Below are positions 13,932-27,100 of a DNA stretch of 64,000 nucleotides, piece after piece; positions within the stretch are counted from its first letter, which is position 1; the number at the start of each line of letters is the position of its first letter. The position numbers and the translations under genes are program-made. This DNA is from Eledone cirrhosa (Eukaryota). The stretch spans positions 68,758,001-68,822,000 of the forward strand of contig OZ024745.1 of the NCBI GenBank assembly GCA_964016885.1, given 5' to 3'. The notes under the pieces are model-generated. The model was given only the letters and a program-made list of their open reading frames with translations. It did not search any database and was not told the DNA's origin.

Positions 13932-15799
13932 TATCTTTTTAATAATAAATGTTGTTGTCAACAGACAATTTTTTTCCGAATAAACAAAGCTTGATGACAT
14001 GCTATGTATCATTTTCGGGTGAGTTGTTGGAGTGCAACGGTAAGTTAATGATGTTCCAAGGAGCAGCTAGTTATGAAGTTGACGGCTACTCTCGGGTCCC
14101 AAATAATATATATATATAATAGTAAGTAGTTGATGACACCATATCACGTGTCAAAAAATCAATGACACACACACACATCATATATATATAATCCAAATAT
14201 CTATTCAATGAATCATGAGAGTTATAACAATAACAGGTCAATAAATACTACATGTAATAACTTGCTTTGTAAACCTGTGCTTCCAATATAGTGTTGGCTG
14301 TAAGACTGATTTTAGTATAGTTGTATTAAATACATAATTACGTGTGGTAAGAACTCTCTGCTTACACCATGCCATCCCTTGGGTTCTGAATTCCTGTCGA
14401 AATATTATAATAGGGCATTTATACCTGGTTGTAGCCAATCCCACTCCCGGTCAGAACTAAACGATCTCTTCAAGAGATAGAGAATCGACCTTAAGAGCAT
14501 AAAAAGCACAGTTAGCCTAAGCGAAATTTGAACTCAAGGTTCGGCGAGTCAGACTGAATAACGCGAAGCACACTATCCGACGTTCCAACGATTCTGACAA
14601 TTCGCCGCTTATGCTTACTCTATATTGGTGTAAAATAAAGTTAAGGCAATGTTTAGAAATTAATTAGATTATTTTCTTAATCCTGTTAAATATGGCGCAT
14701 AAATTGAATCCATTTTATCATTAAATGTAGAGAGTATATGCTGTTGTAGAGCCAACAATGGATCATTACTGAAATACTTTTAATCTGAAAAATTAAATAC
14801 GAATCCCTTGTGTCTTTTATGACAATGAAATCATACGTTGTAGATAGAGAACACATAGGTGTGTAATAATAATAGTACGATAATATATTATTCACTAACT
14901 CAGTCGATGGAAATTCTACGATTATAACTAGAAGCAGCTACTATATGTTTATATATATATTATAACTATTCTGTGTAGAATTATGTCTGCTGCAGCTTCA
15001 AAAGAACGCTTGTAGCCTACAGCAGACCCAAAAGAGCCGCCCCCGGCAGACTGTTTAACATAGTAGCCAAAAGCTTACTCAAATCACACCCCATTGTCTT
15101 ATAAATGGAAAGGGTAATTAGGCAATGTAGTTCAGTAAATGCAGTGTATGGCGGGATGGTCAAGGTTAGCTCGTCGTTCATTATACATTATAAATCTGCC
15201 CGATCAAGTTTGATTTGGGCCTAAACAACAAATATTTATAATATATAATTGTAACTGACATGGTTGGATAAGATATTCCCTGTTGCCAACAGAAATAATG
15301 TTTAAACAGGTTTCGTCACTCGACAGAACGAGGATTCGAAGCTGACAAAGTATCGACTATTTTCCGATAGATTTCTCGTCAAAACCATTGTAGTGGAGTC
15401 ATCTGATGTTCTGGATCGGTTTCCAATCCATTCCATTTGAGATAGAGACAGCCATCCATAGGGACGAGACAAGCGAAATGAACTGGCACGTGTAGCACAT
15501 CTATCTTACTACCCGTCGAAAGTATTACACTTGCAACTCTGTGCACCATAGGTCTAATATTTGTAGCGATTTTCTGAGATTTAGCCGTTTGTTGAATGAC
15601 TGAATAACCATACACATAATCCATAGTGATGGAAGAATACCCCTGCCGTCCTGGGTCTTCGAATTACCTTCATACTTATTGATATCTGGATGAAGATGGC
15701 CACACGTAAGAACGAACAGTGTGTGTTGGACGAGGACATATAGAACACCTTTCACGTCACCCTCCTTTGTTTATTGTATTTGCATACATGATACACGAA

Positions 15800-16122
15800 C
15801 TCTTAACTCCTGATTGAATCGTAGGTGCGTTGTAGTGATATACGACGTGTCTGGAATATTTACACCAGGCGGAGCCCATCCCTTTCCTGGTCGTAGCACG
15901 ACCAATTTCTTCCACTGAAAGGGAGAGTGAGACTGAGAAAGAGAGAAAAAGATATGGTGGAAAATCGACTCCAGTAATAGGCTGGTACTATATTTATTGA
16001 CCTCGAAAGGATGACAGACAAAGTTGACCTCGGCTAGATTTGAACTCAGATCGCAGAGAGCTGGAACAAATACCGCAAAGTGTTCTCTCCGACGTTCGAA
16101 CAACTCTGCCAATTCGTTGCCT
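15800..16122 (-). mobile_element. tRNA-SINE A2 (alternative tail)
   Basis: B box GAGTTCAAATC on the minus strand plus central domain. Tail GGCGGAGCCCATCCCT..CCTGGTCGTAGCACGACC is shared with ~25240, ~27030 and ~62560. Confidence 0.7.
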
Positions 16123-16194
16123 TTATTGTATTTATGAAATAAAATAAAAAAAATGCAAAATAGATCTGAAGAAAAATAAAAGTCATATTATGGC

Positions 16195-16600
16195 TTACTT
16201 AATATATCTTGGAGCTCCGCTTTGGTAAACACTATTCCAGAAGGTATTCATTCTAGGTGGACATATCGATATAGCTAGTTCCTGGGAATTCTTGTGGACT
16301 GTTGTAGATTACAGCACGGAATTGGGGATTTTAAAATTCAAGTTATATTGTTGCTTACGTAATACAGGTTGGATCTCGGCTTTTGTAAACATCATTACAA
16401 GCGATACACCCTGTAGGTGAACATAACGATATAGTTGTTTCCTAGAAATTGTGGACTATTGTAGACAACAATGAAAGTTATATTGTTTATGCAATATATG
16501 TTGAAGGCTTATTTTCGTAAGTATTATTATAAACGATACATATTCTACGCGAACATATTACTATAGTAGATTTCTGGAAACACTTGTGGACTCTTATGGA
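16195..16600. repeat. Three degenerate tandem copies of a ~135-160-bp unit
   Basis: TTGTGGACT at 16292, 16449 and 16584, each preceded by a G(G/A)ACATA...TATAG motif; AAGTTATATTGTT at 16340 and 16475. Confidence 0.7.
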
Positions 16601-18317
16601 TTTGGTAGTTCACCACATACAAATATAAATGGAAATCAGCAAACTATAAAGCCGATCTGTTAGTTGAAAACTGAAAGGATTCGTGTTAGTTTCTGTAGTT
16701 AGTTCCTATTTAAACGCAGATTATGATTTACCCAGAAAACATCTGATTTGTTGCCAGAATCAAGACAAAAACGAAGCATTTGTATTGTTAGATTCCACAG
16801 CCATTTTTATATATATGTATACACATATAATTAAAGTACAATTTCTTCCCCCGATTACTCATAAAGTCTATTATTATTCATGTGTGTGCTGTATATACAT
16901 CAGATAGACAACACGATAAGTTTCTAATTATCTCAGGAAAAGTCAGATAAAGAAAGGATGATTTATGGGAAGTTATATAAAAGGTTACACACACACACAC
17001 TTACTCGCCTCCTCTTTTTCTTTATGAGAGAAAGAGGTAAATAGAGAGAGAGCGAGGAAAAACGAGCAGTACCCATGACCCTTTTCAGGACCCCTGGGAT
17101 TGGTGGGAGGGGTGAGTGTGGAAAATCTCCTCAAACTGGAGACCTACTCTGAATGCTTACAAAAGAATAGACTTCACCAAAAGCACTTATATTAATCATT
17201 TACCTTTTGGTTTAAACATTTTCGTCCATCTGTTTGACTGTGTGACCTGGGCACTGGCAGTTCAATACGATGTGGCAACAGGAAATATATGATAAATATG
17301 AAGTGAATTTAAAAGTTTTTTGGGGTTCGGGGATTGGGGGTGGGGGTGATGCTAAGATTATTTTTTCCCGATGCAAATGCTTCAGTTTCAACATATACGA
17401 TCTAAAATCAAGTCACTTGCTAGACAACTGTAACACCGATTTAACAACTGAAATAATTTAAAATTACTAGATTGAAATGTATGTGGTGCATATTTTTCAT
17501 ATAGGAATGGTTGACATAAAGGGGTAACGCTTGTGTATTTAGTACCTTTCCTCATACGCTCCATTCTCCAAAATAAAATCAGTTCAATTTACATTTTGAT
17601 AAATAGACAAACTTAATTGTTGACGTCATACGAATAAAATATTAAACCTGCATTTTTCACTACACAATTCACACTCACCCATGTCAGAGCATACGGCAGG
17701 TTATAAAACCATACGACAGTCTTTCCTGCTTTGGATATTCCCATTGGAGCTACGTGGCAAAAATCTTTTGTGATTTATTATAGTGAGCGTAGGAAATTAT
17801 TATATATTTAATTTAATTTGTATATAACAGTGATCCTTTAAGGGTCAGTGATACGCCTCTCTGAGCTCTGTGCCCTAGATGGCTGCCTAGTTTACCTTAA
17901 TGGTAGCACCAGTCACAAAGAATCTTAGATTTAGATTGAATCAATAACAATACTGATGGAGTATAGAATTGAAAAAAACAATTGGAATAAATAAAATCTG
18001 CAAATATGACCGAAAAGAAAACCGACATAGATTGAAGAATGTTACAGATTGATTGAAAATAAGAAATATTTGGGAGTAAGTGGATATCTAAGCTTTTATA
18101 TACCTGAAAAGACGAAAGATATGATTAGATTGGCAGAAATAATTCTAGATCATATTGTCTGCCAGATTTCCCCAATTGTATTATTATTATAAGTTTGTGA
18201 TCTGACTAAATGTTTTCCAATTCTATCCATATCTGTCTCATTCAATTATTTAAACGATGTAAAATGCGAATCAGTAGCAATAATAATAATGATGATTTCT
18301 TTATTGAAATAATAATA

Positions 18318-18512
18318 ATTGTTTCTACTTTAGGCCAGCAATTTCAAGTGGATTAAATCGATCCCAGTGCTTTACTGGTACTTTGTTTTATCGATTCCGT
18401 AAGGATGAAAAGCAAAGCTAACCCCGGCGGGATTTGAACTCAGAGCTTAAAGGGACAAACTATGCCGAAAAGCATGTTGTCCGATGATCTACCGATACTG
18501 CCAATCCACTTC
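18318..18512 (-). mobile_element. tRNA-SINE family A
   Basis: Same head, B box, central domain and tail as the 13746 copy, more diverged. Confidence 0.85.
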
Positions 18513-18944
18513 CCTCCTTTATCAAAATATTGGTTTCCTGATTTGCTCACAAGGCCAACAAATTTAAGGGAGGGGGAAAAAGTCGATCTTATCGACCTCA
18601 GTGCATAACTGGTGCTTTATTTTATCGACCACGTAAGGATAAAAAGCAAAGCTGTTTTCGGTGGCATTTGAACTCAGAACTTAAGAAGCTACCAGAGATT
18701 TTGTCCGCCACGCCAATTCACAGAAATCTTTAAAGCTTGATTATTATCTGAATCTGAAACAAGAGAAACATTCATAACAATTTGAAATACTACGATGCAT
18801 CTACGGCATCATCCTCATCCTCAATCCGTTTGTTATACTGGCATAGGCTGGAAAGTTTGTCAAGGCCCGAGTACATCATGCTCGTACTTTCCATATTTCG
18901 CATGATTTCTACAGCTAGATATCCTTTCTTACAAAGACCATTTT

Positions 18945-19295
18945 ACTGAGTGTACAAGGTGCATTTTATCATGACACAAACACCACCACCTGCCAGTATG
19001 TGTTGGATGCCTTTTAATCGTAACACTAGCACTGTCACTTCAGAGTGTACTGGAAATAGTTTATCGTAGCACTAGTACTACCCCTTGATATAGTGTACTG
19101 GGGACATTTTATCGTGACACCTACCTTAACACTTTACAGCGTGTACTGGACGCATTTTAACATGGTACCTACTTTCCAGTGTACTGGATACATTTTGTCA
19201 TGGCACCAGTTCTACCACTTCATAGAGTGTACAGGGTGCATTTTATCGTGGCACCGTCACCATATTAGAGAGTGTATTGGGTGCATTTTACTGCA
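18945..19295. repeat. Minisatellite, 8 copies of a ~45-bp unit
   Basis: Consensus about GAGTGTACTGGGTGCATTTTATCGTGGCACC, at ~18948, 18997, 19043, 19091, 19138, 19177, 19224 and 19269. Confidence 0.85.
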
Positions 19296-19496
19296 GCAGA
19301 GGCGTCGTTGTGTGAGAAGTTATCTTTCAACTCTATTTTCTCATTATCTTTCTGAAGTCACCATCACAATGTCCTCATTATAGAATAGTTTAGTGATAAA
19401 ACTGTTCATCTTCACCAGAATGTATACATTTTTATGACACACATATTTTCAATCATCACTTATCAACCTTTACTGTCCTAATCAACAATGCCAGCA

Positions 19497-19820
19497 AAGG
19501 CGCCTGACTTAGTGTCTTAAGTGTCAGGCTCACGAACGAAAGATCATCATTTCGATTACTGGTAGCACGCTGTGGCTTTGATTGAGCAAGACATTTTATT
19601 TCTCACTGCTCCAGTTCTCTCAGCTGGCAAAAATAAGTTGTACCTGTAATTCAAAGGGCAGGCATTGTCACACTTTGTATCGCGCTAAATCTTACTAAGA
19701 AATATGTTCAGAGTACTCCTGTTGGTGGACTGCTCATTCACTTGCACGTTAATTTCAAAAGCAGGACGTTCCATTGTTTGCTCAGCTAGAACATGCGTCG
19801 TCGGAAACGACGGAGGTCCA
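19497..19820 (+). mobile_element. tRNA-SINE family B
   Basis: GGCGCCTGACTTAGTG head, TTCGATTAC degenerate B box, TTGAGCAAGACATTTTATTTC and CACTTGCACGTTAATTTCA; reverse complement of the 7545 copy. Confidence 0.8.
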
Positions 19821-20502
19821 ACACACATAAAACCATGTCACTTTAAAAGGCGTTTCTCTTGATATATTTTCTCTAACACATCGTTTACAAGACTAGTAAT
19901 TACTCTACCTGGCAGTAAAGTTTATTGAATGTGTTACACATATTCCATGAATATTATCGTAAGGCTTGGCAAGCATCATTTTGTTGTTTTCTCTTTTTTT
20001 ACTTGATTAGCATATAAGTAGATGAAATTGGTTTTTAACGATGACAAATGAAATTGTCTTTAATTTGTCACATAAGCAATGTTTATGGGAGCCGTTAGAG
20101 TTGATTGAAGCTATTAAAAATACTGATATTACTGGCACTTGACATTGTGAATTGAGGACTCAGAACAGAGGAAGATGATATAAAATACTGTAAAGACATT
20201 ATTTAGTGCCGTTGGTGGCCTAGTGGTTAGGGTTTGGCAATCATCACCATAGGGCTGTAGGTTTAAATCACAATGAAGAAAAAAAGACATTGGAACATAT
20301 ATAAGAATTTTTGGGAAAGCAAAACTAACAAGTTAAATTGCGTATTAGGAAGATTTAGGTGTTATTTCTAACAGGCCAACCATTCACAGAGAAGCTCCTT
20401 CGATGGCTTGACTTTTTATAAGTTGTGTCTGATTTGAGTAGGATTTAGCTGTTGGCATGATTTATTCAAAAGTCTTTGAAGAAGAAGAATATCATATTAT
20501 CA

Positions 20503-20559
<57 letters not shown>

Positions 20560-20747
20560 GTATCCCTATGTAGTTGACTGACAAGAGAAAAGAGTACTCA
20601 ATACTAAAGTAGACTTTTAAATATTTCTTTGTAATGGTTGAGTAGTGAGTTTTTTTACTCTGGAATTTCACTTATGCAGTCGCAAGATCATTAGTGCGTA
20701 GGTGAAAGTCCAGAGTGACAAGACACACTAGTTAACCATAAAAAAGA

Positions 20748-20795
<48 letters not shown>

Positions 20796-20821
20796 TATTA
20801 ATGTTCATACATCATATGTAA

Positions 20822-21010
20822 TTGTTTCTACTTGTTGGCACAAGGCCAGCAATTACCCACTGCATTACTGGTACTTTATTTTATCGACCCCATAAGGATG
20901 AAAGGCAAAGTTAACCTCGGCGGGATTTGACCTCAGAATTTACAAGGGCCGTAACTCTATGCGTCAAAGCATGGCGTCCGACCCTCTACCGATACTGCCA
21001 AATGAACGCC
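20822..21010 (-). mobile_element. tRNA-SINE family A
   Basis: Near-identical to the other family A copies. Confidence 0.9.
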
Positions 21011-21769
21011 AGTGACCATCTTCAGAGGGATTGGATGAAATGGCAAGAACATAGTATATCTAATCCTGCTGTTAATATACCAAATGTTACACATAAAACA
21101 GATGTAAGGGGGATAATTAAATAATTCGCTTAGTTATGTGATCTCATTCTTTGAAGAAGATTGATAATTCCAGTACACATTGGTAGATAAAATCACAGCT
21201 TTACTAGTAGGAAAACATAGCAACACGTATGGTAATATTTCTCCCAACCATTAAACATATCGTTATTTGGAGCAATATATATACAAATATTAAAAAAAAT
21301 TATTATGGAGGTTTAATAGACAGGATTGAAATACAAACTTAGAGGGGTAAAGTACTGTCATACATTTAGACCAAACCTTTTTGTGGAACGTCAACTAGTT
21401 AGAAAAAACGCAAATGCCATTTCTGATTCAGAAGTTCAATACAAAGGCAAGAATAAGTCAAGTGACACATCGCTTCCTTCTTCACTAACGTCAAAGTGCT
21501 TCAATTGGCAATTAATCAATAGATAAAGAAGGACAAGCTTTATATATATATATATATATTTATTTATATATATTTATATATACCTATAATACCTATTTGA
21601 TGTGTCAATGGGATCATTTGATCGTACACACACACACAAACACATATATATATATATAATTTATTTATTATATATATAAAATACGGAATAGGAAAGATGT
21701 ATCCATATGTTTATTCATTATGTTTATTCCTGTGTGACCAATAAACTATATATATATATATATATATAT

Positions 21770-22172
21770 GTCTCCTCTGTGTCACTTTTGAGCTGACTTT
21801 TGGGATGCTCCCATACAGCTCTGAGTTTTTCATCCTCAGTGTATACTGATTAATGTTCAGAGCCATCCTCAGCATTCTCGTGTAGCACCCATCCACCATC
21901 TGAGTGAGTTTCTTGGTCAGTGTCCAAGTCTCAGACCCATACAGCAGCACAGACTCCACTACAGCTCACCAACATCCAGAGTTGACATTGCACTCAGTGC
22001 TCCTTTGGGAGCCCCTACATGGACACACTAGAAGAGAACACCAAGGTTAACGTATGTTGATGCCCTAAGGACAGACACTGGTCTGTTGGAGACGCAGAAC
22101 CTGGCAGCGATAATGAGAGACAGAGACCGCTGGAGAGAACTCGTCCATGGATCTCGGGAATTTTACCCGCCT
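21770..22172. mobile_element. RTE-type LINE 3' end with an inverted 5' segment
   Basis: Minus 21965-21770 reads VESVLLYGSETWTLTKKLTQMVDGCYTRMLRMALNI...KVTQRR. Plus 21964-22172 reads HQHPELTLHSVLLWEPLHG / RLTYVDALRTDTG...MRDRDRWRELV. Confidence 0.85.
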
Positions 22173-22778
22173 TATATATGTGTGTGTGTGTGTATGTGTG
22201 TTTACATCGTAATTCTGAACCAGGGTATTCGTGGAATACTCAGCTACTTACACATGAATCCATGTGTTTGATATATACAGTTACTCGAACAACTAAATGA
22301 ATATCGTCGAAACAAACGGAGGATCCATCACTAGCGACAATCATTATAGTTGACGTGTTTTCCTTTACTGTTTTTTTTTGTGTGTCTGACACACGCATAC
22401 GTGAAATCGTGGTGTGTATATAAAAAGACAAAGGAATGACTCTTAAAGATCTAATAAATTCAAACAGTTTGAAATATTTGACAGACAACTATCACTAATA
22501 GTGAAGGCATGTGACCTACTGGTTATAGTGTTGGAGTCACGACCATAAGGTCGAAGGTTCGATTCCCGAAGCGAGTGGTGCGTTGTGTTCTTAAGCATGA
22601 CGCTTCGTTTCATGTTAATTTAATACCTATCATTAAAACACCCGAGAAAGCTCCTATGAGGTCAGTTAAATCTGCAAAGGTGAGAACTATGAATTTCATT
22701 TCTACTACCGTTAGAAAATATATTAGTATTTGGTGTAAAACAATTTGTAGAATTTCCGCTGGTGAGTTAAACAACTTG

Positions 22779-23010
22779 ATTAACCCCCTTTCATACCAAA
22801 CCGTCCTTGGTTCTACGATACAAAGATTTTATTTTGAATTATAACCTGTCGCCATAATTTTATGTAAGAATCATTGTACATTTTTTCAAACACCAATTTA
22901 ATACTGAAAAAGTTATATTATTAAATTCCTGCAGATTTATGATTATTTTCAAAATGATTTAAACACCATAAGCAGAATGTTTCATTAAGAATATGCTATC
23001 AAACGATTTA
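22779..23010 (+). mobile_element. piggyBac-like MITE (TTAA|CCC terminus), diverged
   Basis: Starts TTAACCCCTTTCATACCA. Internal ATTTTATGTAAGAAT...AAAGTTATA...TGATTATTTTCAAAA is shared with 29545-29704, which ends ATGAAAGGTTTAA. Confidence 0.5.
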
Positions 23011-23593
23011 GAGCTACAAGTATTGATCCACTCACTCAAAATCCCCAATTACTTCTCGGCTGTAGTTATTTTTATTGGAAAATATGTACAATCAGGTCAC
23101 ATATTTTTCTTGACTACGGAGGAATGAAAAATAAAGATGACCACCACTGCCATATAGCAATCTTCTATTTTTTTAAATATTTGTTTCAGTCATCAGATTG
23201 CAGGCACACCGATGCACCACCCTGATTTAGTAGTTCGATCATATCGATCCCAATACTTATTTTATCGATCTCTTTTTAGTCAAACCTGTAAATTACGAAA
23301 CATAAACACAGATACAGCTACAAACGTAAACATAAACGCGAACGAAAGATTCCATAGTGTTATTAGTTTTTTTCTCTTTTCTTTGTCGTATTTACGGTAA
23401 TGTCAGAGGCAACAACGTTTTACACAAAACTTGAAATCTTTTGCGAAATTTTAAAATATTTACATTCTTTTACAATCTTGCGGCAATTAATCACTGATGT
23501 CAACCATTCACTCTTCGTTCCATCCTAAGCTAACGACGAAATTTAAGTTGACGATAACGAAAGTGAGACTGACGATGCGGTTGAAGTTGATAA

Positions 23594-23772
23594 TTGTTTC
23601 TACTTTAGGCACAAGGCCAGCAATAACCCAGTGCATTACTGGTACTTTATTTTATCGACCCCGTAAGGATGAAAGGAAAAGTCAACCTCGGCGGGATTTG
23701 AACTCAGATCGTAAAGGGACGTAACTATGCTAGAAAGCATGGCGACCAGCCCTCTACCGATACTGCCAATCC
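23594..23772 (-). mobile_element. tRNA-SINE family A
   Basis: Near-identical to the 13746 and 30960 copies. Confidence 0.9.
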
Positions 23773-23774
23773 GC

Positions 23775-24173
23775 ATGACACCTACTGCTACAGTCACTCA
23801 ACTTCGTGGAACTCCTTCCTCCGACGGGCTGCCGACGTTCCGATCTTGCGGAGGAGCTCGGCAGTACTGGGTCCAAGTACGCCTGAGCTCTGGACGGCGA
23901 GCGGTGCGAAGCGGAAGCGGCTGGACAATCCCCTGCATTTGTTTGTCTTTCTTTCCTCTGCATTGCGGGCCGCAGCACCCGGGTTTGTGATCGAAGGGAC
24001 TTAATTGGAGGCGGAGAACGTGTCTCAACACGTGGCGTCCCAGATGAGGGAATATACCTCCTTCGAATAGAAAGACGGTAATTACTGTCGGGGCGCTTGC
24101 TGTCTCCGCGGTCGAGGCCTGCTGTCAGGGAAACCGGACTGTGCTCTGGCGGCTAGACAGTGCGTGCAGGCCT
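23775..24173 (-). pseudogene. CRE-clade-like non-LTR retrotransposon fragment: restriction-like endonuclease (RLE) domain
   Basis: GC-rich island. Manual translation with frameshifts and stops: GLHALS..., GLDRGDSKRPD, LIWDATC*DTFSAS, PGAAARNAEERKTNK, FAPLAVQSSGVLGP..ELLRKIG, i.e. the RPD..WD..K..(E)xxG pattern of RLE domains. Confidence 0.8.
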
Positions 24174-27100
24174 AACTTGTCAAGGATAATTGTCCAAATT
24201 GAACCCGACACTGCATAGTTGTGGAGCCAACCACCTTAACCAAACATAACCTTGCAGTAATCCAGTAAATCTGGTCTACTCATTGCAGTCAGTTAATCAC
24301 TTTGATTTGTAAATGTTATGAATAATAGATATATGTCAGCATTAGCAAGGAAATAGGAAATGAAAACATTAATGAAAATATTTTTGAAGCCTCGCTGGTA
24401 TTAATAGGTTGTAAATTAGCAGAATCGTTATGGCATCGGATTAAAGCATCAGTATTTGTTCCGGCTCTCTGCGCTCTGAGTTCAAATCCCGCAAAAGTCA
24501 AAATAGTTTTTCATCTTTTCCAAGGACATAAATATAATACCAGTCTAGAGTGGTGGATTTACCGAAATGAACGGGATGCTTTGCAGTAGTTGATCTGGCT
24601 CTGTGCATTCTGCCTTGGTGTTTATTTCGGTTCTTGCGTTTATTAAATCCTGCCGAGGTCAACTTTACTGTTCATCCTCTCGGGGACGATAAATAAAGTA
24701 CAAGTCCAGGGCGGTGGATTGGCAAAATTGTTAGAGCTTCGGACCAAAAGCGTTGTGGTATCCCTCCGGCTTTTTTGTGTTCTGAGCTAAAATTCCTCTG
24801 AGAACTATCTAGGTAGTAGACATAATTCGTAGCCCAGTTTAAAACCACAACCCAGCCCTTGGATGCCCCTAGTAGAATTAACTGTGTTGCAATCATTATG
24901 TCCAGGTTTCCCGTGTGAGGAGACCTTTTCTCTTATTGTTTTGGAGGCTTTTAAAAGTATCAAATTTTACTTTCATCCTCTTGAGGTCGATAAATAAAGT
25001 ACCAACATAGAGGTCATGGAATTATTAATTAGAGCTGGATGGGAAGTGTTGTGGTATCGGATTCGTCTCTGTACGTTCTGAGTTCAAACCCCATCTCCTT
25101 CTACCAGGATTTGCGCCCGGCAGATAGAATCAGCATTGAAACAACGAATATAATTAAAAGTGATAACATAAAATTTCATCATCTTAATACCTGATGGAAC
25201 ATGGTGGCGTCATCTTTACGGGAATTTATTTAAACATAGCGGAGCCCATCTCTCTCTTGGTCTGAACACGTCCGATTCCTTCTTTTTCTTCTAGAGAAGA
25301 ATCGACAGCAATACCATTGAACTGAGATTTTTTTGATTTTTTTTATAGATTTCGAAAGGAAGAAATGTAAAGTTAACCTTGACGAGATTTGAACTTAGAG
25401 CGCAGAACACTATCCTCAGCGCCCCCACCCCTATTTGGAGAGAGACCTGCCTACACGCAAATTGTAAATAATATATAAATAAAATCGTTGATTGATATAT
25501 AATAAATGATATAATATAAATAAATAATATAAATAAATACATTTTTTTTTTATTTTGCAATATTTATATATAATATGTATCATTTGATATTTAATATACT
25601 CTTATATTATCTCTACCACCATCCACCGCTCCCATTGACCCCCTGGACCTTCTCAACGCGCCCAAGGGGGCGGTAGCGCCCACTTTGAGAGGCTCTGCTG
25701 TAGAGCATTCTAACCGATATTCTAACGTCTCTGCTAATTCGCTGTCTATGATAACATATATAACAGGATAGAAATAAATGATCTTCACGATAAATGTGTT
25801 AGAATCTGTGGATGAAATCATTGCCTCACCACTAAACAAACCATTAGACATCATATCAGTTCAAGTTACACAAAATAAACAATGGTTCTAATTTAAGCAA
25901 ATCGCCAACAAATTTCGGATAGGAGGTGGGGGTGGGGGTGATCAAATCAATCCCAGTACTTGATTGAAGGCACGTGGTCTGATGATTAGAATGTTGGATT
26001 TCCGATCATACAGTCATTGGTTCGATTACTAGATTAGGAAGAGTGTTGTGATCTTGATCAGGATACTTCATTTCACGTTACTTCTACTTATAGAATGAGG
26101 AACCTATCATTACCTAATCTGTTATATTTCATTGTAACTATACTGCTTATGGTTTTCAAAATTAGTTGAAAATCATCAACAATTTAAAACTATGGTGGAA
26201 TGTTTTTAGATAAATATAAGCACTTTAAAACAGTTTTGTGTCGTAGAATCAAGGTCAAGCGGTTCCATACCAAAAATAGTCAAAACACTCAAGAAACTTC
26301 CTATGCGATACAGCCCCAGAAGAAGCCAGCTAAACCTGTAATTTTCATCTTTTCATTCTTCAGTACTTGATTGGGACTTTGTTTTATCGAGCCCGGAAAA
26401 ATGAAAGGCAAATTTATCCTCAACCTGATTTGACCTCAGAACATAAAGAGCCAGGAAAATACATGTCACTACTGATTTTGCAAATCCATCACGTTCTTCA
26501 CGGAATAAATAATGATCCGTCCTGAAGCATTGTTTTACAAAATAAAGAACATTTCTGACGGAAATTAATTCGAAGCAGTTTGATTTTCTTTCATTCAGTT
26601 GAAGTATAGTCATTAGAACCTTGGATAGAATGCTTTTTAGGTACTTGCTCCAGTTCGTTGTGCCCTTAGATCAAATCCCACCAAGGTCAACTTTGCCGTT
26701 CCTCCGTTCTTAATCTATAAATAAAGTATCAGACCAGCATTGTATCTCTCTCCCAAGAAGAAGACCCCTGCTGTATTCAAACCTTGGAAGGGATACATTC
26801 TGTCAGGAATAAATGGTTCCTACGACACTACGAAGAGTTCAGGAGCCGTGAATCAATAGATGTACGTCATCCTTTGAAAACATATTATCCAGAGTTCCTC
26901 GACTCGAAATATCACATGGAATTCATTTTACGAATGATGCAGGCATTTATTCAATCCACTGAACTCCTGGTGGAATCGTAGGGGCACCGTCGTTACATGT
27001 GGCGTGATTTGTACATATTTAAATCTGGCGAAGCCAATCCCTCTCCAGATCTGAACACAGCCGATTTTTTTCAGAGAACGAGAAAGAAATAGTGAGACTG

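Noticed and set aside
15379-15760. Possible decayed RT fragment (GILPSLWIMCM, SLQILDLWC) on the minus strand
   Set aside because: Only loose resemblance and no catalytic YADD-type motif; cannot be called without a profile search.
18945-19295. Regularly spaced repeats resembling a CRISPR array
   Set aside because: Repeats are degenerate, spacers are short and related, there are no cas genes, and the context is eukaryotic; it is a minisatellite.
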